Assembly: GCA_963840885.1 (NCBI GenBank)
Contig: CAWJAN010000004.1
Span: forward strand, 47,984 to 111,983
DNA from: an uncultured bacterium
GTDB taxonomy: Bacteria > Patescibacteriota > Minisyncoccia > Phycocordibacterales > GWA1-40-21
Direction of reading: 5' to 3'
DNA length: 64,000 bases
The notes under the pieces were generated by a model. It saw only the letters and a program-made list of their open reading frames with translations. It had not been told where the DNA came from and ran no database searches. Below are positions 55,985-64,000 of this stretch, piece after piece. Every line of letters begins with the position of its first letter. Positions within the stretch are counted from its first letter, which is position 1. Made by a program: the position numbers and the translations under genes.

Positions 55985-56731
55985 ATGTTGAATATAGTAA
56001 TACCAATGGCCGGGCGCGGATCAAGGTTCCAAGAAGCTGGGTATGCTTTCCCTAAGCCTCTTATCGATATAAACGGCAAAACAATGATAGAAGTTGTTAT
56101 AAACAACCTTAAGCCAAAAACCGATCACAAATTCATATTCATATGCCAAAAAGATCATTATGAAAAATATGATTTACACAACATATTAAAAAATGCCACA
56201 AATAATAATTTTGAAGTGGTTCAGATAAACGGCATAACGCAAGGCGCGGCTTGTACGGTCTTATGCGCAAAAGAATATATAAATAATGGTGATGATCTTT
56301 TGATAGCAAATTCAGATCAGTTTATAGAAAATGATATAAATAGTTTTATAAACACATCAAGAAAAGACGATAAGGACGGCGTTATTATGACTTTTACATC
56401 CAGCCATCCGAAATGGAGCTATGCCCGAGTGGATGATACCGGCAAAGTATTGGAAACGGCGGAAAAAAAAGTCATTTCCGATAAGGCAACTGTTGGGATC
56501 TATTATTTCAAAAAAGGAAGTGACTTCGTAAAAGGAGCAGAGGCTATGATTAAAAAAGGTATACGACATAATAATGAATTTTATGTATGCCCCGTTTACA
56601 ACGAATTGATACTTGATGGCGAAAACATATATATAGATGAAATAAACTCCGATAAAATACACGGCTTGGGAACTCCTGAAGATTTGGATAAATTCCTTAC
56701 AGAACTGAAGGAAGGAAATATAAAAATATAA
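55985..56731 (+). CDS. Nucleotidyltransferase (NTP-transferase fold)
   Basis: IVIPMAGRGSRF..AG...PKPLI, ANSDQ, AEKK.IS..ATVGIYYF, GTPEDL. Confidence 0.88.
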   Translation: MLNIVIPMAGRGSRFQEAGYAFPKPLIDINGKTMIEVVINNLKPKTDHKFIFICQKDHYEKYDLHNILKNATNNNFEVVQINGITQGAACTVLCAKEYINNGDDLLIANSDQFIENDINSFINTSRKDDKDGVIMTFTSSHPKWSYARVDDTGKVLETAEKKVISDKATVGIYYFKKGSDFVKGAEAMIKKGIRHNNEFYVCPVYNELILDGENIYIDEINSDKIHGLGTPEDLDKFLTELKEGNIKI

Positions 56732-57592
56732 ATGAAAGTAGTTACCCATAGAGGATTAAATGCGTCAAAAGAAAACTATTTTGAAGAAAGTTCTATCGAA
56801 GCATTTTCCGATCAATTGAATAATGGCTATGGGTTGGAATTTGATCTTCAGATTACAAAAGATCAAAAAATTATAGTGGCTCACGACCACAGCCTTAAGA
56901 GAATGAGCCGCGGCGTTGATACACGTAAAATTTGTGATGTTAATTCAGATGAAGTATTAGGTATGGATTTTAACGGGTGCCATTTAGCATCTTTAGATGC
57001 GCTAATTGAGCTTATAAATAAAAAACAGGCTAGCGGTGCAATTTCAGCTATTCATGTTAAACACGGCATACAAAACAAAAAAGATCTTGATATTTTGCTT
57101 GGATATCTTAAAAAAGACGGAAATAAAAAATTCATGCTGTTTGATATAAAAATAGAAACTGCAAAATATCTGAAAGAAAAAAATCCGAATCTGAATCTGG
57201 CGCCTTCTATAGCCCATTCTTACGATATAAAACGATATAATGATGTGGTCGGTGGTACGCTTATGAATATTGATGAGGCTTTGGCACATACCGAGCTTTT
57301 TAATTGGGTTTGGCTTGACGAATGGGACAGAAACAGCGATGACGGAACAAAAAAATTTTATACTGGCGAATTGTTCAGAGAAATCCGCAAGGCCGGCCTA
57401 AAAATAAGTCTTGTAACACCAGAACTTCATTCTTCCTCCCCTGGCCTGCTTGGATCAGAAAAACATCAGGATGCGATTAATAAAAAAATTCTTTTTGAAA
57501 GGATAAAAGAAATAATAAAGCTCAGGCCGGATATTGTCTGTACGGACTATCCCGATGAAGTAAGAAAACTCATAAAAACGACGATAAAATAA
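56732..57592 (+). CDS. Glycerophosphodiester phosphodiesterase-like protein
   Basis: HRG, E.S..AF, EFDLQITKD..I.V.HD, VCTDYP. Confidence 0.85.
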   Translation: MKVVTHRGLNASKENYFEESSIEAFSDQLNNGYGLEFDLQITKDQKIIVAHDHSLKRMSRGVDTRKICDVNSDEVLGMDFNGCHLASLDALIELINKKQASGAISAIHVKHGIQNKKDLDILLGYLKKDGNKKFMLFDIKIETAKYLKEKNPNLNLAPSIAHSYDIKRYNDVVGGTLMNIDEALAHTELFNWVWLDEWDRNSDDGTKKFYTGELFREIRKAGLKISLVTPELHSSSPGLLGSEKHQDAINKKILFERIKEIIKLRPDIVCTDYPDEVRKLIKTTIK

Positions 57593-57597
57593 TTTAT

Positions 57598-58488
57598 ATG
57601 AAGCGCCCAAATAAAATAAAACATATACTGTATAAAATATTGCCTAATGGCTTATTCGAGATTATCCGCCGGATATGGCAAATGTCATTTGTAAAATTAA
57701 GAAATTTTAATCGATTAAAACAAAAAACTTTTACCGAAGAAAAAATTGCCGAGCTTTCTTATGGCGATATTTCTTTCAAGATGAGATTGGTTCCCGGGGA
57801 TCATAGCGTCGGTGAAGAGATTTTTTTTCACAATTCATACGAGCCTGAAATCGTTGAATTATTCAAAAAATATGTGACCAAAAATATGGTATGTTTGGAT
57901 ATAGGGGCCAATATCGGGCATCACTCGCTTGTGCTTTCAAGGCTTGCCAAAAAAGTCATTTCTTTTGAACCGAATCCTCATATTTACAGACAATTTAAAG
58001 AATCGATAGAGCTTAATGGCATAACTAACATTGAAGCTAATAATTTTGCTCTGGGAAATTCGAACGTGTCCACATACCTTTCTTTTAGTCCTGGTAACTC
58101 GGGCGGCGCTTCGTTCACTAAAATTGATGATAAGATGACTGATCAAATTACAGCAGAAATAAAAAAAATGGATAATCTGAACCTTGAAAAAGTTGATTTT
58201 GTAAAGATGGATGCTGAGGGATTTGAATGGGAAATTATAAAGGGCGGAATGAAAACTTTTGAGAAAAATCGCCCTATAATCGTGATAGAATATAGCCCTT
58301 TATTTCTTGAAAAAACGGAGAAAGATGCTTCAATAAATATACTCTCATGGTTTCATTCGAATGAATATGATTTATATGACAGCGATTACTACATGAAAAA
58401 AATAAGCGATTTGAAAGAATTTCGTATAAAATTAAACTCATCTATACGCCAACAGGTCAATTTATTTTGTTTACCAAAGAAAAAATAA
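57598..58488 (+). CDS. FkbM-family methyltransferase
   Basis: DIGANIG.HS, SFEPNP, FALG, KMDAEGFE. Confidence 0.92.
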   Translation: MKRPNKIKHILYKILPNGLFEIIRRIWQMSFVKLRNFNRLKQKTFTEEKIAELSYGDISFKMRLVPGDHSVGEEIFFHNSYEPEIVELFKKYVTKNMVCLDIGANIGHHSLVLSRLAKKVISFEPNPHIYRQFKESIELNGITNIEANNFALGNSNVSTYLSFSPGNSGGASFTKIDDKMTDQITAEIKKMDNLNLEKVDFVKMDAEGFEWEIIKGGMKTFEKNRPIIVIEYSPLFLEKTEKDASINILSWFHSNEYDLYDSDYYMKKISDLKEFRIKLNSSIRQQVNLFCLPKKK

Positions 58489-58496
58489 ACTGTCTT

Positions 58497-59441
58497 ATGG
58501 ACATAAAAAAAGAAATAAAAAATAATTCAAAGAGATTCAACAAAATCGTTATTTGGGGGCTTAAAAACCGGTGGCACACTCATAGATTCGTTTTTGCCGG
58601 TTATTATAGGGCTCTGAAGAAATCCGGAGTACGCGTAGTCTGGGTTGAAGACGAAAAAAAAAACCGAGAGTTCATAGAACCGAATGACCTTATAATAATG
58701 GCGAGTGGCGCTTACGGAAAAATGGTTCCTCAGAAAAAAAGCCTGGCGGATTATAATGTCCCTATACGTGACGATGTTTACTATTGCCTTCACGCTGAAA
58801 ATGATTACTTCATTCAAAAAATAAGGCCGGAACGAAGGCTTATCCTGAATGTCTATTCCGATGAAATCGGTGCCGGACAGCAGCCTAAAATTTATGAGGC
58901 TGTGCATTTCAATAAAGAAACGAGAACTTTGTACGAACCTTGGGGTACCGACCTTTTGCCGGATGAATTTAAAAGGCCTACATATAATAATCATAAGTTT
59001 GTATTCTGGGTTGGAAGCATCTGGAACGATAAGAATAATCACGGTAATCTGGAAGAAATAGCCAGGCTCAAAAAATCGCTCGAAAAAAGAAGATTGAAAT
59101 TCTTGCCAGTCAGGTTCGTGCCGAATTTCATGAATGTCTTATTGGTCCGGCTTTCAAGAATCGCTCCGGCCATAGGCGGACGCTTCCAGGTGGAAATCAA
59201 TTACCTGCCAGACCGTATGTTCAAAAATATCTCATACGGACAGCTCGGCTTTTCCAATATCAAGAAATTCAACGATATATTCAAAGATTGCAACATCTAT
59301 GATGAAGATATGGATGCCATGATTGAAAAAGTTCTTTCTCTGACGAAGGAACAATATATCGAGCTTGTAAAAAAACAGCAGGAAATCTGCAAGCGGTATA
59401 CGCTCGCAGACAATCTTAATAATGTCTTAAAGTTTATTTAA
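58497..59441 (+). CDS. Hypothetical protein, possibly glycosyltransferase-like
   Basis: Long ORF in the glycan operon; C-terminal R.FKNISYG.LG segment resembles a GT-B C-domain; no firm family. Confidence 0.65.
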   Translation: MDIKKEIKNNSKRFNKIVIWGLKNRWHTHRFVFAGYYRALKKSGVRVVWVEDEKKNREFIEPNDLIIMASGAYGKMVPQKKSLADYNVPIRDDVYYCLHAENDYFIQKIRPERRLILNVYSDEIGAGQQPKIYEAVHFNKETRTLYEPWGTDLLPDEFKRPTYNNHKFVFWVGSIWNDKNNHGNLEEIARLKKSLEKRRLKFLPVRFVPNFMNVLLVRLSRIAPAIGGRFQVEINYLPDRMFKNISYGQLGFSNIKKFNDIFKDCNIYDEDMDAMIEKVLSLTKEQYIELVKKQQEICKRYTLADNLNNVLKFI

Positions 59442-61474
59442 GATTGAAAGTTTTTCAGCGTTTTAATCTGCAGTACCGCTTTTTCGAATTCCTCGTTCGT
59501 AACCTCCCTTGCGCAAGCAAAATATTCTACGCTCTGGCAATAATGGAAATTGTGCTCCTTGCATTTGCAATTCTTGAGATTTATAAGATTGATGAAATCG
59601 TCGCGCACTATATCGAAATAGACGCTGCCATACACCGAAAATATAATTCCTGGAGTATGCTGGCGGAACGCCATATGCGAAAGACCAGACTGTAAGCCTA
59701 CAAATAGTTTCGCGTGAGTAATTACCGAGCACAAATCATCAAATTGATAAGCTCCTATACGATCAATAAAAAAATCTTTCCTTGTATCTTCATCGAACAA
59801 ATCTCTGATTTTTTCATAATACGGCACAACGCTTTTGGAACCCAAAAACACTAAAGAACTGTCCGGGAAATATTTTATTAATGTACGGATGCTTTCCGCC
59901 CATTGTTCCGGCGTTCGGCTTTTTCCAGCAATCGAAGCAAAAACTGTAAGGATGATATAGGACTTCGGCTTGAACTCCGTGCCTTTGTTCGGCTCATGAA
60001 GCGGTATCGGATTGGCTTCCGCTTTCAGTTTCGAAACGTCGATATGATAGCAGTTTTCTAGAAGATCTTTATGAAAAATGTCGTAATTCTTCTGCATCAA
60101 TACACCCTTATGGATAGAATTTACAGAAAAAATCTCTGTAGAATAATTGAATGCGGACAAGCGGATGCGCGAACAATAGGCTATGAAATTCGCAAATGCC
60201 CTGAGTTTGGCGGTCGGATTATCGTCCACGATTATGTGCATGAAGCACTTTACAAAGAATGATTTAAAATAAAACCGAATAAACTGAAGCAATCCTTTGG
60301 GCTCGGAAAGGACGATAAGCGAGATGAAATCATAGCTGCGCGCCATCTCTTCGCAAAAGCCGAATACGCCGCCTTTTTTTATAGTAAAGAAAACGACCGG
60401 CGTATTCGTCGCGCTGTGGAATTTTTCGGCCAAATCGGTATTTGTTATGAAATCCCCTATCGTTCCGGTGCCAGTATAGATGAACAAGCGGGCTCGCCGC
60501 ATATACTCGTCTCGTGTAAAGCCGCCCTGGCTTATATTCATGGAAATCACATCTTTGACCCGGCTCAAAATCTCGATATCGGCATCTTTATCGTAGCTCA
60601 TGTCGAATTGCTTAAGCCAGAGATGACAGAAAACTTTCATCTTCTTATGCAGTCCTGCAGCGATATGGGTCGGCCCCGTATGAACCATAAAAAGCTTTTC
60701 AGCGAAAAAGAAGATATTCACGAGGTCCTGCGCCGGGGCGCCGATCACCTTCATGAAAGAATCTTTCGGCAAAAATGCCGCAAGGCTATCTATATATTCC
60801 TCGTCTTTTTTCACTCCGGTAAAAACGATTTGGCGTTTTTCTTTCTGCGCTTCGGCAAAGACTTCTTTCCATGTATCGTTGCTGATACGACGGTCGTCAT
60901 GCGACGGTGTCGGATGGACAACAATATAGCCGTCCCGGAGGGTATAGCGTTTTTTGACGCTTTCATCTTTTATAAAACGAAAATGTGGTGATTCTAAAAC
61001 CGGCTTGAATCCTATTTTTTCCAATATCTCATTGCTTTGCTCGTAAAAAAATTTATCGTTTATATCGGCTTTTATATGAATACCCTTTGGCACATAATGC
61101 TCCATGCCAGGATACACGAGCGAGATGACATCTGTTCTCGTTAAATAATGAAATGCATCGCCAGCAAGCCGAAGATATCTCTTGAGCGGAATCGGAAGAA
61201 AATAGACAAGATATGTCTTGCGTATCATAGACTGGAAAAATTCGCCGATAAAACGCAGCTTTCCAGATATCGAACTGAAATCAACGCACTCGATAAACGG
61301 ATAACCCTTGGACAAATCGCGCAAAAAAGCAAAATTATGCTTTATGAACATCGTCGTCGGAATACCAGCTGACAGGTAAAAACGATCAGCCAAATCCAAA
61401 AGAAGGACATGGTCCCCTATCGGAGAAGCATTGAGTAATATGAGCCTGGCAGAATTTTTCTTGTTATCTTTCAC
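59438..61474 (-). CDS. GT9-family (heptosyltransferase-like) protein with two tandem GT9 modules
   Basis: IGDHVL...YIVVHP...TGPTHIAA, then IGDFI...YIIL...SGLSHMA. Probable GTG start at 61474; the ORF extends to 61531. Confidence 0.8.
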   Translation of the reverse strand: MKDNKKNSARLILLNASPIGDHVLLLDLADRFYLSAGIPTTMFIKHNFAFLRDLSKGYPFIECVDFSSISGKLRFIGEFFQSMIRKTYLVYFLPIPLKRYLRLAGDAFHYLTRTDVISLVYPGMEHYVPKGIHIKADINDKFFYEQSNEILEKIGFKPVLESPHFRFIKDESVKKRYTLRDGYIVVHPTPSHDDRRISNDTWKEVFAEAQKEKRQIVFTGVKKDEEYIDSLAAFLPKDSFMKVIGAPAQDLVNIFFFAEKLFMVHTGPTHIAAGLHKKMKVFCHLWLKQFDMSYDKDADIEILSRVKDVISMNISQGGFTRDEYMRRARLFIYTGTGTIGDFITNTDLAEKFHSATNTPVVFFTIKKGGVFGFCEEMARSYDFISLIVLSEPKGLLQFIRFYFKSFFVKCFMHIIVDDNPTAKLRAFANFIAYCSRIRLSAFNYSTEIFSVNSIHKGVLMQKNYDIFHKDLLENCYHIDVSKLKAEANPIPLHEPNKGTEFKPKSYIILTVFASIAGKSRTPEQWAESIRTLIKYFPDSSLVFLGSKSVVPYYEKIRDLFDEDTRKDFFIDRIGAYQFDDLCSVITHAKLFVGLQSGLSHMAFRQHTPGIIFSVYGSVYFDIVRDDFINLINLKNCKCKEHNFHYCQSVEYFACAREVTNEEFEKAVLQIKTLKNFQS

Positions 61475-61490
61475 GCTAATGATATTATGG

Positions 61491-62222
61491 TCAATTTTTA
61501 TAAAAGGCAATCGCCAAACATAATCGCACAAGCGAAAGCATCCTTATCAAAAATCCGCGTAGCCTCATTTCCAAACCATTATGTTTTGTCACCTGAGCCT
61601 GATGAATCCTATACTTGAGTAGAGGTTCGGGAATATTCGCCGAAGTATACCTATATATGATCCTGGTCCATAATTCGTAATCTTCAGCGTGCCTGAAAAA
61701 CTTATTGTATGTTCCGACTTCATCGATAATTTTTTTCCTTACCATAACGGATGAATGTATGAACGGATTATGCAACAGTGAATATCGTTTTATCTGCTTC
61801 CATGTTTCCGGAGGATAAGATAATGTTCCTGTGGTTTCTCCAAAATTATCTATGACATCTGCCCATGAGCCGACTATGGCGCATTCGGGATGTTCAGTAA
61901 AATAGTCTAGCTGTTCTTCAAATCTCGTAACGGCGCAAACGTCATCGGCATCGAAACGGGCGATAAATTCTCCGCGCACTTTACTAATTCCAAAATTAAG
62001 CGAATCGATAAGGCCGAAATGCTGGCGGTCAAAAAATTGTATCCGGCCGTCTTTAAAACTTCTTACTATATCTGCCGATGCATCGGTTGAACCGTCGTTT
62101 ACGATGATTAGCTCAAAATCTTTTTCAGTCTGATCAAGCACCGAGATGATGGCCTCCTTAAGGAAATTCTGGGCATTGTAAACTGGCATGATAACGCTGA
62201 TTTTCGGAATATCTTTTTCCAT
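61491..62222 (-). CDS. GT2-family glycosyltransferase
   Basis: ISVIMPVYN, NDGSTD, FDADD, HSSV, AEDYELW. Confidence 0.93.
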   Translation of the reverse strand: MEKDIPKISVIMPVYNAQNFLKEAIISVLDQTEKDFELIIVNDGSTDASADIVRSFKDGRIQFFDRQHFGLIDSLNFGISKVRGEFIARFDADDVCAVTRFEEQLDYFTEHPECAIVGSWADVIDNFGETTGTLSYPPETWKQIKRYSLLHNPFIHSSVMVRKKIIDEVGTYNKFFRHAEDYELWTRIIYRYTSANIPEPLLKYRIHQAQVTKHNGLEMRLRGFLIRMLSLVRLCLAIAFYKN

Positions 62223-62256
62223 GGGATTATTCTAACAGAAACTCATGCCAAATACA

Positions 62257-62409
62257 TCATTCTGAAATATCTATGATTTCAAAATCATAAGCGGAAGGAA
62301 TTTTTTCTTCTTGTTTCCCTGAATTTTCTCTTTGCTTTATGCGTGTAAAAACGGCAATGGCGGATGCCGCAATCATAAGCATGATTGCCGATAAAAAATA
62401 GCTACTCAT
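62257..62409 (-). CDS. 50-aa single-TM microprotein
   Basis: Manual translation MSSYFLSAIMLMIAASAIAVFTRIKQRENSGKQEEKIPSAYDFEIIDISE*; start overlaps the stop of the upstream ATPase gene. Confidence 0.5.
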   Translation of the reverse strand: MSSYFLSAIMLMIAASAIAVFTRIKQRENSGKQEEKIPSAYDFEIIDISE

Positions 62410-64000
62410 CTATTCCAAGAATTTTTTTTAAATCGTTTTCCGGGATTTCTTTCGGCCCCCTGTCCTGAGGCTTTTCCTCTTGTTTTTTCTCCTCTTTTTT
62501 CTTTTCCGGTTCCTGTTTCCTTTCTTCTTTCTTTATTTCCGGTTCTGCCTCTTTTTCCTTTTTTTCTACCGCCTGCGCGGGCAGGTCTTTAGGCTGATTC
62601 TGGACCTTTGACATAACAGAAGCAAGGGCTGATTTTAATCCGGCAATATTTTCCTTGCTCATAATCTTTGGCCTTTCGCCAGGATTAGCTTTCTTCTCTG
62701 CCGGTTTTTCTTCCTCGTAAAGCTTTTTCGGCAGATCTTTTAGAGAGATGAAATCATCTCCCGGCTCATTTTCTATAGGAGGGAGTTCCGGTTTGGAAAA
62801 CTTTGTTTTTTCTTTCGGTTTTATTTCTTCCTGTTTCTGTTCCGAAGAAGGCGAGGAAAATTTTTGTACCAGATTTTCAAAAATCTTTTTATTTTCTTTC
62901 GGCTCTTCTTGTATAGCTTCCTTTGAGGCTTCCCTGGGAGCTTGCACGGCTTTGATTATATCCTTCAGCATTGGTGCCGGTCTTGCCGGTTCCTCCTGCT
63001 TATTTTGTGGCTTAAATGGCTGCCTATCGCTTGTTTTTGGCGCAGGCTTGCCTTCCGTATGCCATTTGTCTATGTTGCTCTCGACTTCCGTTCTGGGCTT
63101 GGCAAATTGCTTCCTGGAACTTTCTATTATCTCCGGTACATAGTTCAATGTCGGCTCCTTGAACATAAGGATAGAAGATGCTGAAAAAGGCACCGAGCTG
63201 ACGCCGTCTATCATAAGCTTAAGATACATCTGGTATTGCCCGAGATTCACCAGGTCTTCTGCCGTAAATTGCGGAGCAAATTCCTTTTCCAAAACCTCAG
63301 CATCGTATGCGCCGACGCGGAAAGCTATCATTGTGCCTACGTTGCCAAAAACTGCAGCCCTGACTTCTTCGGACATCTGCTCTATATATTGGTGGGCAAT
63401 AGTAAGGTTAAGCTTATATTTCCTGGCTTCGGATAAGATATCAGCAAAAGATTCGTTCGCAAAAGACTGGAATTCATCGACATAAAGATAAAAATTGGGC
63501 AGTTTTTTGAGCTCTCGTTCAGGAATATCGGCGCGGGACATGGCGGCAAGATAAATCTTGGTTATGAGCATAGAGCCCAGAAGATTCGCATTGACTTCGC
63601 CGACCTTTCCTTTTGAAAGGTTTATTATGAGAATTTTCCTGTCATCCATAAGCTTCCTTATGTCGAAAGACGATTTCGGCTGGCCGACTATGTTTCTTAT
63701 CAGTGGGTTGGCGGTGAATTGCCCGATTTTGTTCTGAATAGCCGGAACGGCTTCAGCAGCCTGCCTCTCCGTATATTTTGCAAACTCATCAACCCAGAAA
63801 GATTTTACCGCTGAGTCTTTTACATTGTCCACCACTTTTTTCCTGTAGTCCTTGTCGGAAAGCATCCTGTTGACTCCGAGAAGCGTCGCTCCGGGATATT
63901 CGAGAAGCGCAAGAAGCGTATTTGAAAGGATATATTCCATTCTTGCGGACCACGCATCAACCCATATTTTCTTGAATGTGCTCATGAGTCCTGAAACCAC
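62402..64000 (-). CDS. VirD4/TraG-like coupling-protein (HerA/FtsK superfamily) ATPase, C-terminal part
   Basis: LYVDEFQSF, ILSEARKYKL.L.IAHQY..Q, AVFGNVGT...FRVG; charged low-complexity tail; 5' end outside the window. Confidence 0.87.
   Translation of the reverse strand: MVSGLMSTFKKIWVDAWSARMEYILSNTLLALLEYPGATLLGVNRMLSDKDYRKKVVDNVKDSAVKSFWVDEFAKYTERQAAEAVPAIQNKIGQFTANPLIRNIVGQPKSSFDIRKLMDDRKILIINLSKGKVGEVNANLLGSMLITKIYLAAMSRADIPERELKKLPNFYLYVDEFQSFANESFADILSEARKYKLNLTIAHQYIEQMSEEVRAAVFGNVGTMIAFRVGAYDAEVLEKEFAPQFTAEDLVNLGQYQMYLKLMIDGVSSVPFSASSILMFKEPTLNYVPEIIESSRKQFAKPRTEVESNIDKWHTEGKPAPKTSDRQPFKPQNKQEEPARPAPMLKDIIKAVQAPREASKEAIQEEPKENKKIFENLVQKFSSPSSEQKQEEIKPKEKTKFSKPELPPIENEPGDDFISLKDLPKKLYEEEKPAEKKANPGERPKIMSKENIAGLKSALASVMSKVQNQPKDLPAQAVEKKEKEAEPEIKKEERKQEPEKKKEEKKQEEKPQDRGPKEIPENDLKKILGIDE

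Noticed and set aside
62402-64000. Conjugative element suggested by the VirD4/TraG-like ATPase
   Set aside because: No relaxase or other T4SS genes in view. Stand-alone ATPases of this type are common chromosomal genes in this inferred lineage; the upstream context lies outside the window.

Overview
Chromosomal window from a reduced-genome bacterium. Gene content and architecture point to Patescibacteria/CPR, Parcubacteria-like, using genetic code 11; this is an inference. Most of it is housekeeping: uvrB (partial), PIF1-like helicase, rpsP-khpA-trmD, rnr, rpmF-nusB-rnc-smc, rnhB, dnaE, thrS, pheS-pheT, gyrB, rpsB-tsf, rpmE-prfA, rplY, rpiB-rpe, gatB, obg, mltG, secA and tRNA-Thr(TGT). A surface-glycan cluster spans about 49.3-62.2 kb, and a partial VirD4/TraG-like ATPase ends the window. 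I saw no CRISPR array, transposase or prophage. Main findings: (1) PheT carries a complete NlpC/P60 papain-fold domain with an intact Cys-His-His triad inserted in its B5 domain, and is immediately followed by a C39-like cysteine peptidase gene. (2) A miniaturised transcriptional T-box riboswitch precedes thrS, with an ultra-short Stem I and an apical Thr codon. (3) A 5' leader hairpin containing GGTCG recurs in front of khpA and two unannotated microproteins. (4) Two tandem promoter-hairpin-terminator small-RNA candidates lie near 49 kb. (5) Core genes look leaderless, while interspersed orphan genes have strong Shine-Dalgarno sites. (6) Tandem WavE paralogs share a 189-bp identical block. 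All calls come from reading the sequence; no searches were run.
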